From assembly GCA_963847705.1 (NCBI GenBank), contig CAWKBC010000032.1, positions 128,001 through 192,000 of the forward strand: 64,000 nucleotides of DNA, in the 5' to 3' direction. The notes beneath the pieces were generated by a model. That model saw only the letters and a list, made by a program, of their open reading frames with translations. It was not told the DNA's origin and did not search any database. Positions 51,859 to 61,971 of this stretch are shown in pieces. The position numbers were made by a program, and so were the translations under genes. This DNA is from an uncultured Pseudomonadota bacterium. GTDB taxonomy: Bacteria; Myxococcota_A; Polyangia; Fen-1088. Within the stretch, counting starts at the first letter, position 1, and the number at the start of each line of letters is the position of its first letter.

Positions 51859-52554
51859 TCAGCGCGCCGAAGCCGGAAGCGACGCGGCGAAGACGGTCAG
51901 CACCTCGCCCGAGATGACCGTCCGCGACCGGAGCGGCGTGACTTCAAAGCCCGCGGCCGCGAACGACTGATCGAGTCGGTCGACAGCGATGTCGGAGTCC
52001 GAAACCAGCACCCGGCCCCCCGGCCGGAGGTACTGGGCGGCCTCGGCGACGAAGCGCGCGCGCACCCGGTTGACGTCGCGCCAGGAGTGCTCCCAGAGGT
52101 CCTTGGCCTCGCCGGCGAAGTAGGGCGGATTGAAGATGATCACGTCGAACCGCTCGCCGGTCACGGACGCGAAGAGATCGCCCTGGCGCGCCTCCACCTT
52201 GTCCTCGAGGTGATTGAGGAGCGCGTTGATCCTGAGCGCGCGCGCCGCCTCCGGGTTGATGTCCGTACCGACGGTGCGCTGGGCGCGCCGCGCCGCCAGC
52301 AACGCCAGAAAACCGCTGCCGGTCCCCACCTCCAACACCGACTTCCCCTCGAGCGGCTCGCGCCCGACGACCTCGGCCAGCAGCTTGGACGAAAAGAACA
52401 GCCCGGGATGAAACACGTCGGGCAGGACGACCAGCGAGACGCCCCCGAGCTGCTCGAGCACCAGCCGCCGGTGGCGCTGCCGCTGCAGGAGGAGAAAGTG
52501 CGCGCGGAGCGCCGCCCGTCCCAGCCGCCGCTGAAGGCGCGCCCTGAAAGTCAC
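51859..52554 (-). CDS. HemK2/PrmC-like SAM-dependent methyltransferase
   Basis: VLEVGTGSG, DINP, GDLF, FNPPY. Confidence 0.88.
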   Translation of the reverse strand: MTFRARLQRRLGRAALRAHFLLLQRQRHRRLVLEQLGGVSLVVLPDVFHPGLFFSSKLLAEVVGREPLEGKSVLEVGTGSGFLALLAARRAQRTVGTDINPEAARALRINALLNHLEDKVEARQGDLFASVTGERFDVIIFNPPYFAGEAKDLWEHSWRDVNRVRARFVAEAAQYLRPGGRVLVSDSDIAVDRLDQSFAAAGFEVTPLRSRTVISGEVLTVFAASLPASAR

Positions 52555-52687
52555 GCGAGGGACCTTAGCTCCGCCGGGGGTTGGCGTCCATCAGGCCGGC
52601 TCGGCACGGCGTCAAGTGACGACCGACCGAGGACAGATGGGGAACCCGGAAGTGGTCTGCCCGGATGCTTGGTGCTTAGATGGGTCG

Positions 52688-53530
52688 ATGTCGAGCTCGC
52701 CGCCCTCGGCGCACCAGGAACGCGCGACCAAGGCTCCCGCGCTCACGGTGCTGGTCAACTCGACGGACAGTTACGAGGATTGTTGGCGGCCATTTTTCAC
52801 GCTGTTCTCGAAGTTCTGGCCCCGCTGTCCTTATCCGATCCTGCTCAACACCGAAAAAAAGGACTTCGCCTGGCCGGGGCTCGAGGTTCGGGCGTCGCGT
52901 GTCGCTCTTGCCGACGGGCAGGCTTCCCCCGCCTGGGGCGACTGCCTGTTGCGTTGCCTCGAGCTGGTCGGCAGCGAGGTGATCCTCTATCTGCAGGAGG
53001 ACTACTTTGTCTCGGCGCCGATTGACGTCGCGCAGATCGTGAGCCTCGCGCGCCGGATGATCGACGAAGAGCATAGCCACATCAGCCTGACGCCGTTCTC
53101 GATGGAGAGGCCGTGGCGCCCGCTCCCCGGAGATCCGTTGCTCTGCGCCGTCGATCAGAGAGCCGCGTTTCGAATCAACCTGCAGGCGGGGCTCTGGCGT
53201 ACGCAGGTGCTTCGACGCCACCTCCGTCGTCACGAGAACCCCTGGCAATTCGAGGTCTGGGGTACGCAGCGATCCCACCGCATCCGGGAGAGCTTTCTGT
53301 GCGTGAACCCCGACGCGCTCAACGGCGGCGCTGCGGCGCTCGTTCCCTACTTCCCGACCGGCGTCGTGGAAGGACGGTGGCAAGAGGAGGCGGTCATCCC
53401 GCTCTTCGGGCAGCATGGGATCGAAACCGACTTCAGCCGTCGAGGATTCCACGACCGAACGGCGCCGAGACCGAAACCCCGGGGTTGGATCGGGCGCCGG
53501 GCTTGGGCGCGCCTTCGATCGCTCATTTGA
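52688..53530 (+). CDS. Putative GT-A fold glycosyltransferase-like protein
   Basis: STDSYEDCWRPFFTLFSKFWP, YLQEDYF, LQAGLW, ENPWQFE; start uncertain. Confidence 0.6.
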   Translation: MSSSPPSAHQERATKAPALTVLVNSTDSYEDCWRPFFTLFSKFWPRCPYPILLNTEKKDFAWPGLEVRASRVALADGQASPAWGDCLLRCLELVGSEVILYLQEDYFVSAPIDVAQIVSLARRMIDEEHSHISLTPFSMERPWRPLPGDPLLCAVDQRAAFRINLQAGLWRTQVLRRHLRRHENPWQFEVWGTQRSHRIRESFLCVNPDALNGGAAALVPYFPTGVVEGRWQEEAVIPLFGQHGIETDFSRRGFHDRTAPRPKPRGWIGRRAWARLRSLI

Positions 53531-54695
53531 GCCAGTTCAGCGCGCGAGCAGCGGCCACGCTCTGGGCGTAGATCTCCAGCGCCCGACGGGCCAGCACCGG
53601 CCAGCTGAGCGTCGCTTCGAAGTGCGCGCGCACGATGGCGCGACGGGCGGCGCGGTCGCTCGCCGCGACGCCGAGGCGAATCAAGGCCGCTGCCAGCGCG
53701 CCGGCATCGCCGACGGGAAACAGCGCGCCGACGCGGCCGCCGTCCGTCAGCGCGCGGAACGAAGGAATGTCGGTGACGACCGGGGTGACGCCGAAGGAGA
53801 GCGCCTCCACCAGGGCGAAGCAGAGGCTCTCGCTGTGGCTGCCGAGCAGAAACAGATCCGCGCCGGCGTAGAACGCGGGCAGCTCGGCATGCGCGATCCG
53901 TCCCGCCAGGTGGACGCGCGATGACAGCAGCGGCGAAGCCGCGATCCGGCGCGTCACCTCGGGCAAAAGCTCGCTCTCGCCGAACACCAGCGTCAGCGCC
54001 GCGTCCGGCAGCGCCGGGAGCGCGCGCTCGAGACCGTCGAGAATCGTCAGCGGATCCTTGTTCGGGTTGAGACGACCGACCCAGAGGAGCGCCGGCGCGC
54101 CGGGGATCCGCGCCGGCGCGCCCGCGGCGGGAGGCGTCTCCGGCAGCGTCGAGCCGCTTTCCATGAGCTCGTAGATCGGCTGCTGGCGGCCGATGACGCC
54201 CGTCTCGATCCAGCGCGCGGCCTGCGCGCGGACGGAGAACAGGAACCCGTCCCCGGCGCGCAGCCCAAGACGGTTGAAGGTGCGCCATCTCCACTTGCGA
54301 AATCCGGGCGCCTCGTAGGCGCCACCGTGGTCCTGCGCCAGCACGGCGGTCGTCCGCGACAGCCTCGACCGCAGCTGGCGAACCGGCAGCGGGAGCAGCC
54401 CATGCAGATGGACGACGTTCGGCGCCAAGGCGACGACACGCTCGACGATCCGGGGCGCCCACAGTCGATCGACCTGCGCCTCCGGCGCCCCTTCGGCGAC
54501 GAAGTGGTAAGCGACGCCCCCCTGCCGCACCACCGCGTCCCGCGAGAACCGCTGCACGACCGAAACGTCGACGGAGCGCCCGCCCGCCGCCGCGACGGCC
54601 TGGGCCCAGCCCGTCAGGACCGGATAACGGTCCAAGAGCACCTCCGGCCGGTCCACGTCGGCGGCGTACGGATAGTTGACGAAGGTGACCCGCAT
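53523..54695 (-). CDS. Glycosyltransferase family 4
   Basis: WVGRLNPNKDP, ADLFLLGSHSESLCFALVEA, VVTDIP. Confidence 0.9.
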   Translation of the reverse strand: MRVTFVNYPYAADVDRPEVLLDRYPVLTGWAQAVAAAGGRSVDVSVVQRFSRDAVVRQGGVAYHFVAEGAPEAQVDRLWAPRIVERVVALAPNVVHLHGLLPLPVRQLRSRLSRTTAVLAQDHGGAYEAPGFRKWRWRTFNRLGLRAGDGFLFSVRAQAARWIETGVIGRQQPIYELMESGSTLPETPPAAGAPARIPGAPALLWVGRLNPNKDPLTILDGLERALPALPDAALTLVFGESELLPEVTRRIAASPLLSSRVHLAGRIAHAELPAFYAGADLFLLGSHSESLCFALVEALSFGVTPVVTDIPSFRALTDGGRVGALFPVGDAGALAAALIRLGVAASDRAARRAIVRAHFEATLSWPVLARRALEIYAQSVAAARALNWLK

Positions 54696-54714
54696 TCAGG
54701 CCGGGGACCTCGAT

Positions 54715-56268
54715 TTACAGACTCTCGTTCTGAGGCTCGCGCAACCGGATGAGACGGCGCGCGACGCGCAGCTCCCAGGGGTTGTCGTAGCGGCGGGTGG
54801 CGTAGCGCCAGCGCGCCAGATTGCTGAGGATCATCCGCGACGCGCCGGAGATGCGGGCGTCCTGCACGGTCGGGAAGCGGCAGGCGATCACCCGCGCGAA
54901 GTCGTTCACCCGCTGGCGGATGCGGGGGGTCAGCCAGGGGGCGTCGTGGTGGCAGACCCAGCGCACCCACTGGGGCTCGGTCCACTCCTCGGGCGTGGTG
55001 GGGAGCGCCGGGCCGGAGGGACCGTAGCTCTGCAGAACCGGCAGCCGCGGCGTCGCACCCCCCTTGGGAAGCGCCGAGTTCCGGCGCTGCGGCGTGGGGC
55101 TGTAAAAGTAGAGGACGATCTCCGATTCGGGGTTCAGCGTCTTGAGCCGGCGCACGAACTCGAACGTCTCTTCGATCTCCCCTTCCGGATCGTCCGGCCC
55201 GCCGAGCACGAACGAGAACTCCGGGATGACGCCATACTCGCGGCAGCGGCGGGCGACCTCGATGGTGTGCTCGACGCGGGACCCTTTGCGCATCCGCTTG
55301 AGCGCCTCGTCGCTGGCCGCCTCGGCGCCGACGTAGGCCATGCGCAGGCGGCTCTTGCGGATCTTCTCCCAGGTCGCGGCGCCGAAGCCGGCCAGCGCGT
55401 CGGTGCGCGCGTAGCACCACCAGGGCATCTGGAGCTGCCCCAGCACGTCGAGGATCGGGACCGAGGTCTCCTCGCGATCGAAGAAGTTGTGGTCGAAGAA
55501 CTGCACCCCGTCGGCGCCCCAGCGCTCGCGCTGGGTCCCGAGCGCGTGCAGCAGGCGCTCGGGCGCCTCCAGCAGGGTCTTGCCGTTCCACATCGAGACG
55601 ACACCGCAGAACTCGCACTTGAACCGGCAGCCGAGCGCCGCCTGGTGAACCGTCGTGCGCGCGCTCAGGAAGCTCGGGCGCATGTACTCGCTGATGCCCG
55701 GGATCCGATCGTAGGGGATGACCGGCAGCGCGCCCGGAGGGAGTGCGGGGCGATCGGGATTGTGAAACGTCCGGTGGTCCTGCTTCCAGGTGAGGCCGGC
55801 GATCTGGCCGATCTCGGAGAGATCGCGGGCAGAGCTTCCGTCGGCCGGCGGACCGGCGTCGGGCAGGCGGCAGAGAAGGTCGACCAGGGTCTCTTCCCCC
55901 TGACCGCGCACGAGGTAGTCGACGTAGGGGGCGTTGATCGCCGCGTCTGGATAGAGGGTCGGGAAGTACCCGCCCCAGACGATGGGGACCTCGGGGAACG
56001 CGGCCCGGATCGCCGCCGACATCTCGATGGCCGGGATCACCTGCGGCCCCGGCATCACGGTGAGCCCCACCAGCGCGTGCGGGCGGTCGCCGAGCAGCCG
56101 GAGCGTGGTCGCCGTCGGATCGGCGAGGCGGTTTCCGTCGACGATGCTCCAGGGCCAACGCCCCTCGAGCACGGCGGTGAGATGGACGATTGACAGCGGC
56201 ATGCGCGCGTTGCTCGCCACCCCCGTGCGCGGGTTGACCAGCAAGACGGCGCCCGGCGCCACGCTCAC
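54715..56268 (-). CDS. Cobalamin-binding radical SAM enzyme
   Basis: B12-binding domain (PLSIVHL, VWGGYFPT, VRGQGE), GCRFKCEFC, FFDHNFF, GAEAAS. Confidence 0.93.
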   Translation of the reverse strand: MSVAPGAVLLVNPRTGVASNARMPLSIVHLTAVLEGRWPWSIVDGNRLADPTATTLRLLGDRPHALVGLTVMPGPQVIPAIEMSAAIRAAFPEVPIVWGGYFPTLYPDAAINAPYVDYLVRGQGEETLVDLLCRLPDAGPPADGSSARDLSEIGQIAGLTWKQDHRTFHNPDRPALPPGALPVIPYDRIPGISEYMRPSFLSARTTVHQAALGCRFKCEFCGVVSMWNGKTLLEAPERLLHALGTQRERWGADGVQFFDHNFFDREETSVPILDVLGQLQMPWWCYARTDALAGFGAATWEKIRKSRLRMAYVGAEAASDEALKRMRKGSRVEHTIEVARRCREYGVIPEFSFVLGGPDDPEGEIEETFEFVRRLKTLNPESEIVLYFYSPTPQRRNSALPKGGATPRLPVLQSYGPSGPALPTTPEEWTEPQWVRWVCHHDAPWLTPRIRQRVNDFARVIACRFPTVQDARISGASRMILSNLARWRYATRRYDNPWELRVARRLIRLREPQNESL

Positions 56269-57236
56269 GCCCCCTCGACGCGGTAGGGATTCCGGCCGGC
56301 CAGCACGATCGACAACGTCTTGAGGCTGGACCAACACATCTCGAGGTTCCGCGTTCCGGCCTGGTAGAGGGCGTTTCCCAGCAGGGACCAGAGCAGCCAG
56401 CTCCGGCGCACGCCGGCGAGCTCGCTCCGCATGGCGATGAACCGATCGAGGGCCAGGACCCGCTTCGAATAGCCGATCGTCGCCCGGGGCCGCTCGGTCT
56501 CGGCCTTGTGGTGGTGAACGAAGGCCTCGGTCACCACGTGGATCCCCTCCGCCGGAAATCCGATGGCCACCCCGAAGTTGTCGCCGTAACCGTGGCGGTC
56601 GAGCCCCTCGTCGAACGGCGACCCGACGAGCCACTCCTTGCGCACCAGCGCCGCGCCCAGCGAGTAGACCGGCGTCTTGAAGAAAGGCCCGCTGAAATCG
56701 GTGAGCACGGGCCAGCCGGCGCTGGAGATGTGATTCCCGCGCCGGCGATAGTGCTGCGCCAGCAGCTCGCCGAGCGCGCCAGGGCACTGGATCTCGCCCC
56801 AGAGCCCCAGACGAAACAGCCGCACCCAGCAGAGCCAGGTCAGCGAGGTGACGGGGAACTGGCCCACCCACTTGCCGCCCACCTTCTCCAGGAACAGCCC
56901 CGAGACGGCGCCGGCTTCGGGGCGGGCGGCCAGATGTGCGGTCAGCTTCTGGAGATAGTCAGCGGGGACCTCGACGTCGTCGTCGCAGAGGAAGATCCAG
57001 CGCCCGCGCGCCTCCTGGATCCCCCGATTGCGCTGCACACAGACCGACTTGGGCGATTCGAAGCAGCGCACCCGCTCGCCGAACGGCGCCAGGTCGGTGG
57101 GCGAGAGCGGGCGATCGCTCGAATCGATCACCAGGATCTCCAGCGGACGGTGGGTCGAGCGTTCGAGATCCCCCAGCAACGAAAGCACCCGCTCCCGTCG
57201 GTTGCAGGTGGGGATGACGACACTGATCTCGCTCAT
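56265..57236 (-). CDS. Glycosyltransferase family 2
   Basis: ISVVIPTCNRR, QRNRGI, FLCDDDV. Confidence 0.9.
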   Translation of the reverse strand: MSEISVVIPTCNRRERVLSLLGDLERSTHRPLEILVIDSSDRPLSPTDLAPFGERVRCFESPKSVCVQRNRGIQEARGRWIFLCDDDVEVPADYLQKLTAHLAARPEAGAVSGLFLEKVGGKWVGQFPVTSLTWLCWVRLFRLGLWGEIQCPGALGELLAQHYRRRGNHISSAGWPVLTDFSGPFFKTPVYSLGAALVRKEWLVGSPFDEGLDRHGYGDNFGVAIGFPAEGIHVVTEAFVHHHKAETERPRATIGYSKRVLALDRFIAMRSELAGVRRSWLLWSLLGNALYQAGTRNLEMCWSSLKTLSIVLAGRNPYRVEGA

Positions 57237-57365
57237 GGACCTCGGGCGATTCTACTTCAAGGCTCACCGCCCGGACGCCGGGCCGAGGCCAACATCCCCG
57301 TTCGGAGGGTGAGCCCCGGCGTAGGATGCCCCTCGGATGACCGTCTCGCAGACTGGCGCGCCCTC

Positions 57366-58481
57366 ATGAGTCGCAAGCGGCTGGCGATCTTCGCCCCCGG
57401 CGGGATCGGCGTGGGGGTCTTTTCGCAAGGGTTGCCCGCCCTCGGCTCGCTGGTCGCTTCGTTGGCGGAGCGATTCGAGGTGACGTTCTACTCGCTGGCG
57501 CCGGTCAATCCCGGGTTCGCGCCGGAGGGCTTCCGTCTCCGCGCCCCGTCCGCCACCGTCGACGTCAAGGGTGCCCGTTGGCTCGATCTGGCGCGACGAT
57601 TCCTGGCCGATCACCTGACCGCCCGCTACGACCGGACGCTGTCGCTCTGGGGTTATCCCATCGGCGCATTCGTGGTGGGGCTCTCGGGGGCGCTGCGCCT
57701 GCCGGCGGCGGTGATGCTCTTGGGGGCCGAGACCGCCGATGTCCCCAGCATCGGCTACGGACACCTCGGCCAACCGCTCAGCCGCAGGCTGGTCATCGAG
57801 ACCTGCCGGCGCGCCGACGCGCTGGTGGCGGTGGCGCAATCGCAGCTGGACGCGCTCGCCAGGTGTGGGTTCGCGCGGCCCGACGATCAGGTGATCCCGA
57901 TCGGCGCCGAAGCCGCGCTGTTCCCCTTCGCAGCCAAGCCGCGCACGAAGCCGCTCAAGATCCTCCACGTGGGGAACCTGACCGGCGTCAAGGACCAGGC
58001 GACGCTGCTGCGGGCGTTCGCGCGGCTTCCGGCGGCGCTGGACGCGCGGCTGCGGATCGTCGGCGACGGATCGCTGCGTGGCCAGCTGGTCGCCCTGATC
58101 CGCGAGCTCGGGCTCGAGGGCGCCGTCGAGCTGACCGGCGCGGTTCCGTTCGGGGAGATGCCGGATCACTACCGCTGGGCCGATATGTTCGTGCTGACGT
58201 CGCTCTCCGAAGGGCAGAACCGCTCGCTGACCGAGGCGGCGATGTGCGGCGTGTTGCAGGTGAGCACCCCGGTGGGACACATCGCCGATCTCGGCGAGAC
58301 CGTGGCCGTGGTGGTACGGACCGGCGATCCCCAGCACGTCGCCGACCGCATCGTCGGGATCGCCGGTGACGCCGACGGTTGGAGCCGCCGCGTGCGTGCG
58401 GCGCGCGGCTGGGCGGCCACACACGACATGGCCTGGACCGTCGATCGGTTGAGCGCGCTCCTCGAGGGTCTGCGCGCGTGA
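57366..58481 (+). CDS. Glycosyltransferase family 4
   Basis: HVGNLTGVKDQATLL, ADMFVLTSLSEGQ...EAAMCG, STPVG. Confidence 0.9.
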   Translation: MSRKRLAIFAPGGIGVGVFSQGLPALGSLVASLAERFEVTFYSLAPVNPGFAPEGFRLRAPSATVDVKGARWLDLARRFLADHLTARYDRTLSLWGYPIGAFVVGLSGALRLPAAVMLLGAETADVPSIGYGHLGQPLSRRLVIETCRRADALVAVAQSQLDALARCGFARPDDQVIPIGAEAALFPFAAKPRTKPLKILHVGNLTGVKDQATLLRAFARLPAALDARLRIVGDGSLRGQLVALIRELGLEGAVELTGAVPFGEMPDHYRWADMFVLTSLSEGQNRSLTEAAMCGVLQVSTPVGHIADLGETVAVVVRTGDPQHVADRIVGIAGDADGWSRRVRAARGWAATHDMAWTVDRLSALLEGLRA

Positions 58482-58530
58482 GCAGCGAGATCTCCCTCCG
58501 CCAGGCTTGCGGTCCCCGCGCGGCGCCGAC

Positions 58531-59629
58531 GATGATGTCCCTCTCCCGGAAGCGCCGCATGCCTCTCTCTCTTCTCGCCCTCGGGCTCGTGCTGCTGGCC
58601 GTCGTCCTGGCCGCATGCGCGGGGCGATCGCCCGGCGGGCAATCGCCCGCGGTCCGCTCGCCTGCCGCGCCGGCCTCGCCGCCGGCGGTGACGATCAGGA
58701 AGGGTTCGTTCCATGGCTGGGACGCCCTCTTGCTGCGCAACCGCGCCGCGGAGGTGACCGTCGTCCCCGCCATCGGTCGGGTCATGCAGCTCGCGCTGCG
58801 CAGCGGTGACGGGGCCGCCACGCAGGGGCCCTTCTGGAGCCATCCCGGAATCGGTCCGGGCCTGGGCGGCGACGAGAACGGCTGGATCAACCTGGGCGGC
58901 GACAAGGCCTGGCCGGCGCCGCAGTCGCGCTGGGAGGCGATCGTCGGCAAGGGGTGGCCGCCGCCCGAGACGTTCGACGCTTCGCCGTTCGAGGCCAGGA
59001 TCGTCAGCAGCTCGAGGGTCGGAGGTGGCGCGGGCGACGCGGTGGAGCTCCTCTCCACCGTCGATCCGGCGTACGGCGTGCGGGTGCGACGAACGATCGC
59101 GCTCGATCCGGCCGCGCCGATCGTGACGATCGAGACCTGCTACGAAAAGATGGCCGGGGAGCCGATCCGCGTCGGCGTCTGGACCATCACGCAGCTGGCC
59201 TCGCCCGAGCGCCTGTTCATGCGGCTCCCGGCGCACTCGGCCTTCCCGGGCGGCTATGCGCTGCGGCTCCCCGATCGGCCGAAGGACCTGCGGGTTGCGG
59301 GGCGCCTCCTGTCGCTGGCGCGCGAGCCCGCCGCCAAGACCATGCTGGGGAGCGACGGCGACGCGCTGCTCTGGGTCGGCAGCGCTGCGCATCTCCTGAT
59401 CGAAGCGGTGACCGGCCCGCATGATCCACCGGGCGAATGGCCGGACGGGATGCAGGCGCAGATTTACACCAGCTCGGACCAGGCGCTCCCCTACGTCGAG
59501 CTGGAGCTCCTCTCGCCGCTCCGCGACCTGCGGATCGGCGAGCGCGCCTCTCTGCGCGTGCGCTACACGCTGGAGGCCCGCTCCAGCGCCGACCCGACCG
59601 CCGAGGCGAAGCGGGTGTTGGGCCTTTGA
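58531..59629 (+). CDS. DUF4380/aldose-epimerase-like lipoprotein
   Basis: Lipobox LAAC, VVPAIGRVMQ, WINLGGDKAWPAPQ, YVELELLSP; start uncertain (GTG 58478 also possible). Confidence 0.65.
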
Positions 59630-60909
59630 ACCGGCCCGGTTGGCGGGCGCTCGGAGCCGCCCTGGCCGCGCGCCGCTGGCTGCTCCTCCTGCTGGCCGTG
59701 GCGGCGGCGCCGTTCCTGCCGGGCGCCCTGCAGTTTCTGCGACACGGCGTCCCCGACGTGATGTTCACCGGCGACGGCGCCGTCCTGGAGCTCCGGACCC
59801 TCTTCGCCGCGCAGGGCCGCGAGCTGCTCGGCCCCTACTCGCGCTTCCAGTGGAGCCATCCCGGCCCCGCCTTCTTCTATCTCGCCGTCCCGCTCTATCA
59901 GCTGTTTCATCAGCGGGGCCCCGCGCTGAGCCTGTTCGTGCTGATCGCCAACTTCGCGACGGCCACAGCCTTGGTGGTGACCGCCCGCCGGCTGCGCGGC
60001 GATCTCTTTGCGCTGGCCGTGGCGGTGCTGCTGGCGGTCTACGAGACAATTGCGGCGCCCTTCCCCCTTTCCTGGGAATGGAACCCGATGACGCCCATCT
60101 TGCCGCTGGCCCTGCTGGTGTTCCTCTGCGTCCGTCTCGGCACTGGCGCCCTCGGGGTGCTTCCAGCGGTGGCCTTCGTGGCCTCGGCGATCGTCCAGAC
60201 GCACCTCGGGTTCACGCCGGCGGCGCTCTACCTGGTGGCCACCGGTACGCTGTTCTGCTTCCGCGAGCTGTTCGTCGTCGGATCCCCAACGACGATCGAT
60301 AGACGTCGCTCGGCGCTGTCGCTCGGGGCCGCCATCCTCGTCGCGACCCTGCTCGTCGCCACCTGCGCGGTGCATGAGATCCGCGGCGAGATCTTCGCTC
60401 ACCTCACCGCCTGGATCTCGGTGCTGGGGTTCATCGCCTGGGCCGCCGTCGCCGCGGCGCTGCTCCCGGCGGCCGTCGGCGGTCGGCCCCTCAACCGGGT
60501 CGCGCTGGCGGTCGCCCTACCGGTGCTGGCGCTGGCGCTGGCCGCCGGAGGCGACAAACCGATGATCCGAGGTCGCGACGTTCCGACGGAGAAGCTGACC
60601 GCCGACGCGGAGACGTTCCTGCGCCGCGCCCGGATCGATCGCTTGCGGCTGGAGATCGCCGCGCACGACGAGTGGCCGCGCGCGGCCGCAATCATCGTGA
60701 CGCTCGTCAAACATGGTTTCGGCGTCACGGTCACCGACGACTGGCTGTTCATGTTCGGCACCCAGCTGGCGTCGGGAGCGGGAGAGCTGCCGGCACTGGT
60801 CATCGCCGACGCACCCGCCGCCTCGCGGCTGCGCCTCCAGGCGGGCTTTGAGCCGGTCGCCATCGCCGACGGGACCTCCCTCTTTCTTCGCGGTGGGACC
60901 AGGCCATGA
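59626..60909 (+). CDS. Polytopic membrane protein, GT-C-like glycosyltransferase candidate
   Basis: GDGAVLEL...LGPYSRFQWSHPGPAFFY, WNP, many TM helices; TTG start overlaps the upstream stop. Confidence 0.6.
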   Translation: MNRPGWRALGAALAARRWLLLLLAVAAAPFLPGALQFLRHGVPDVMFTGDGAVLELRTLFAAQGRELLGPYSRFQWSHPGPAFFYLAVPLYQLFHQRGPALSLFVLIANFATATALVVTARRLRGDLFALAVAVLLAVYETIAAPFPLSWEWNPMTPILPLALLVFLCVRLGTGALGVLPAVAFVASAIVQTHLGFTPAALYLVATGTLFCFRELFVVGSPTTIDRRRSALSLGAAILVATLLVATCAVHEIRGEIFAHLTAWISVLGFIAWAAVAAALLPAAVGGRPLNRVALAVALPVLALALAAGGDKPMIRGRDVPTEKLTADAETFLRRARIDRLRLEIAAHDEWPRAAAIIVTLVKHGFGVTVTDDWLFMFGTQLASGAGELPALVIADAPAASRLRLQAGFEPVAIADGTSLFLRGGTRP

Positions 60910-61971
60910 CGCCGCGCGCGCAACGACTCCCAGGCCTGGGGCTGGTCAGGCTCGCCGCGGTCGGCAGCTTGCTGCTGAGCGGGGCACGCGCGCAGGCGCT
61001 GCCGCCACCGGAGGGGGCGCAGCCGGTGCCCTCGTCGCCGCCCGAGCGGACCGCGCCGGTCGAGCCGCCGGTGGCCATCACGGTCAGCGGGACCTGCCCC
61101 AACAGCGAGGCGATCTCGGCGGCGATCGCCTCCATCGTCGCGGCGAAGGATCTCGATCGGTTCGCCTCGTCGGCGAGGGCCGAGGTCTCCGATTTGGGCG
61201 ACACCTACCGGGTGTCGGTGAACGCCAAGGGCGACGGGCCCGGGATTCTCTCGGCTGCGGGTCTACCGCGACCTGGCCCACGACTGCGATCACCGCGCCC
61301 GCTTCGCTGCCGTCTTCATCGTGCTCACGCTGATGCCGCCCGACGTCCTTCTCGACGCCTTGCCGCCACCACCGCCGCCGCCGGCACCACCACCAGCGCC
61401 GCCGCCCGCGCCGCACCCGACCGTCGTCGTGATTCCACCGCCGCCGCCCCCGCTGCCCCCGCGGCGGGTCAGGCTGGAGCTCTCCGCCCTGGCCGATTTC
61501 GCGCCGCGCTCCGGCTCGCCGCTGGCGGTCGCACTGGGCGGCGAGCTGCGCGTCGCGCCTGGCCCGAAGCGGCTGGGGCCGGTCGGCGCGGTCGGGATCG
61601 CCGCCGGCTCGATCGACTTCGGCGTGAGCGCGACGGAGCTTCGTCTCCCGTTCGACCTCGGTCTGCGGCTTCCGCTGGTGACCCGCGCCGCGCTCGATCT
61701 GGTCGCCGACCTCGGCGTGGCGGGCGCGATCTTTCGCGACATGGGCAAGAACACACCCGAGCCGCAAGCGGGAACGCGGCTCGATCTCGGGGCGCGCGCC
61801 GGCCTGGTGATGCACGCGGGACGGGTGAGCGATCGGCTGCTCGGGATCGCCGGCATTCACGTGGAGGCCTTCCCGCGGCCCTACGACCTGACGCTCCTGC
61901 CGCAGGGGACGGTGGGACACACGCCCGCGTTCTGGATCGGCGCCACGCTCGGGCTGGCGGTGCAGCCATGA
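60906..61971 (+). pseudogene. Exported protein (N-domain, Pro linker, beta-barrel) interrupted by a +1 frameshift near 61222-61255
   Basis: Frame of 60906 is protein-like to ...VNAKGDGPGI; the +1 frame continues RLRVYRDLAHDCDHRARFAAVFIVLTLMPP...LGLAVQP. Confidence 0.7.

Noticed and set aside
52555-52687. Possible RiPP precursor peptide near the rSAM genes
   Set aside because: No short ORF with a convincing RBS or leader/core pattern was found in the cluster's small intergenic gaps
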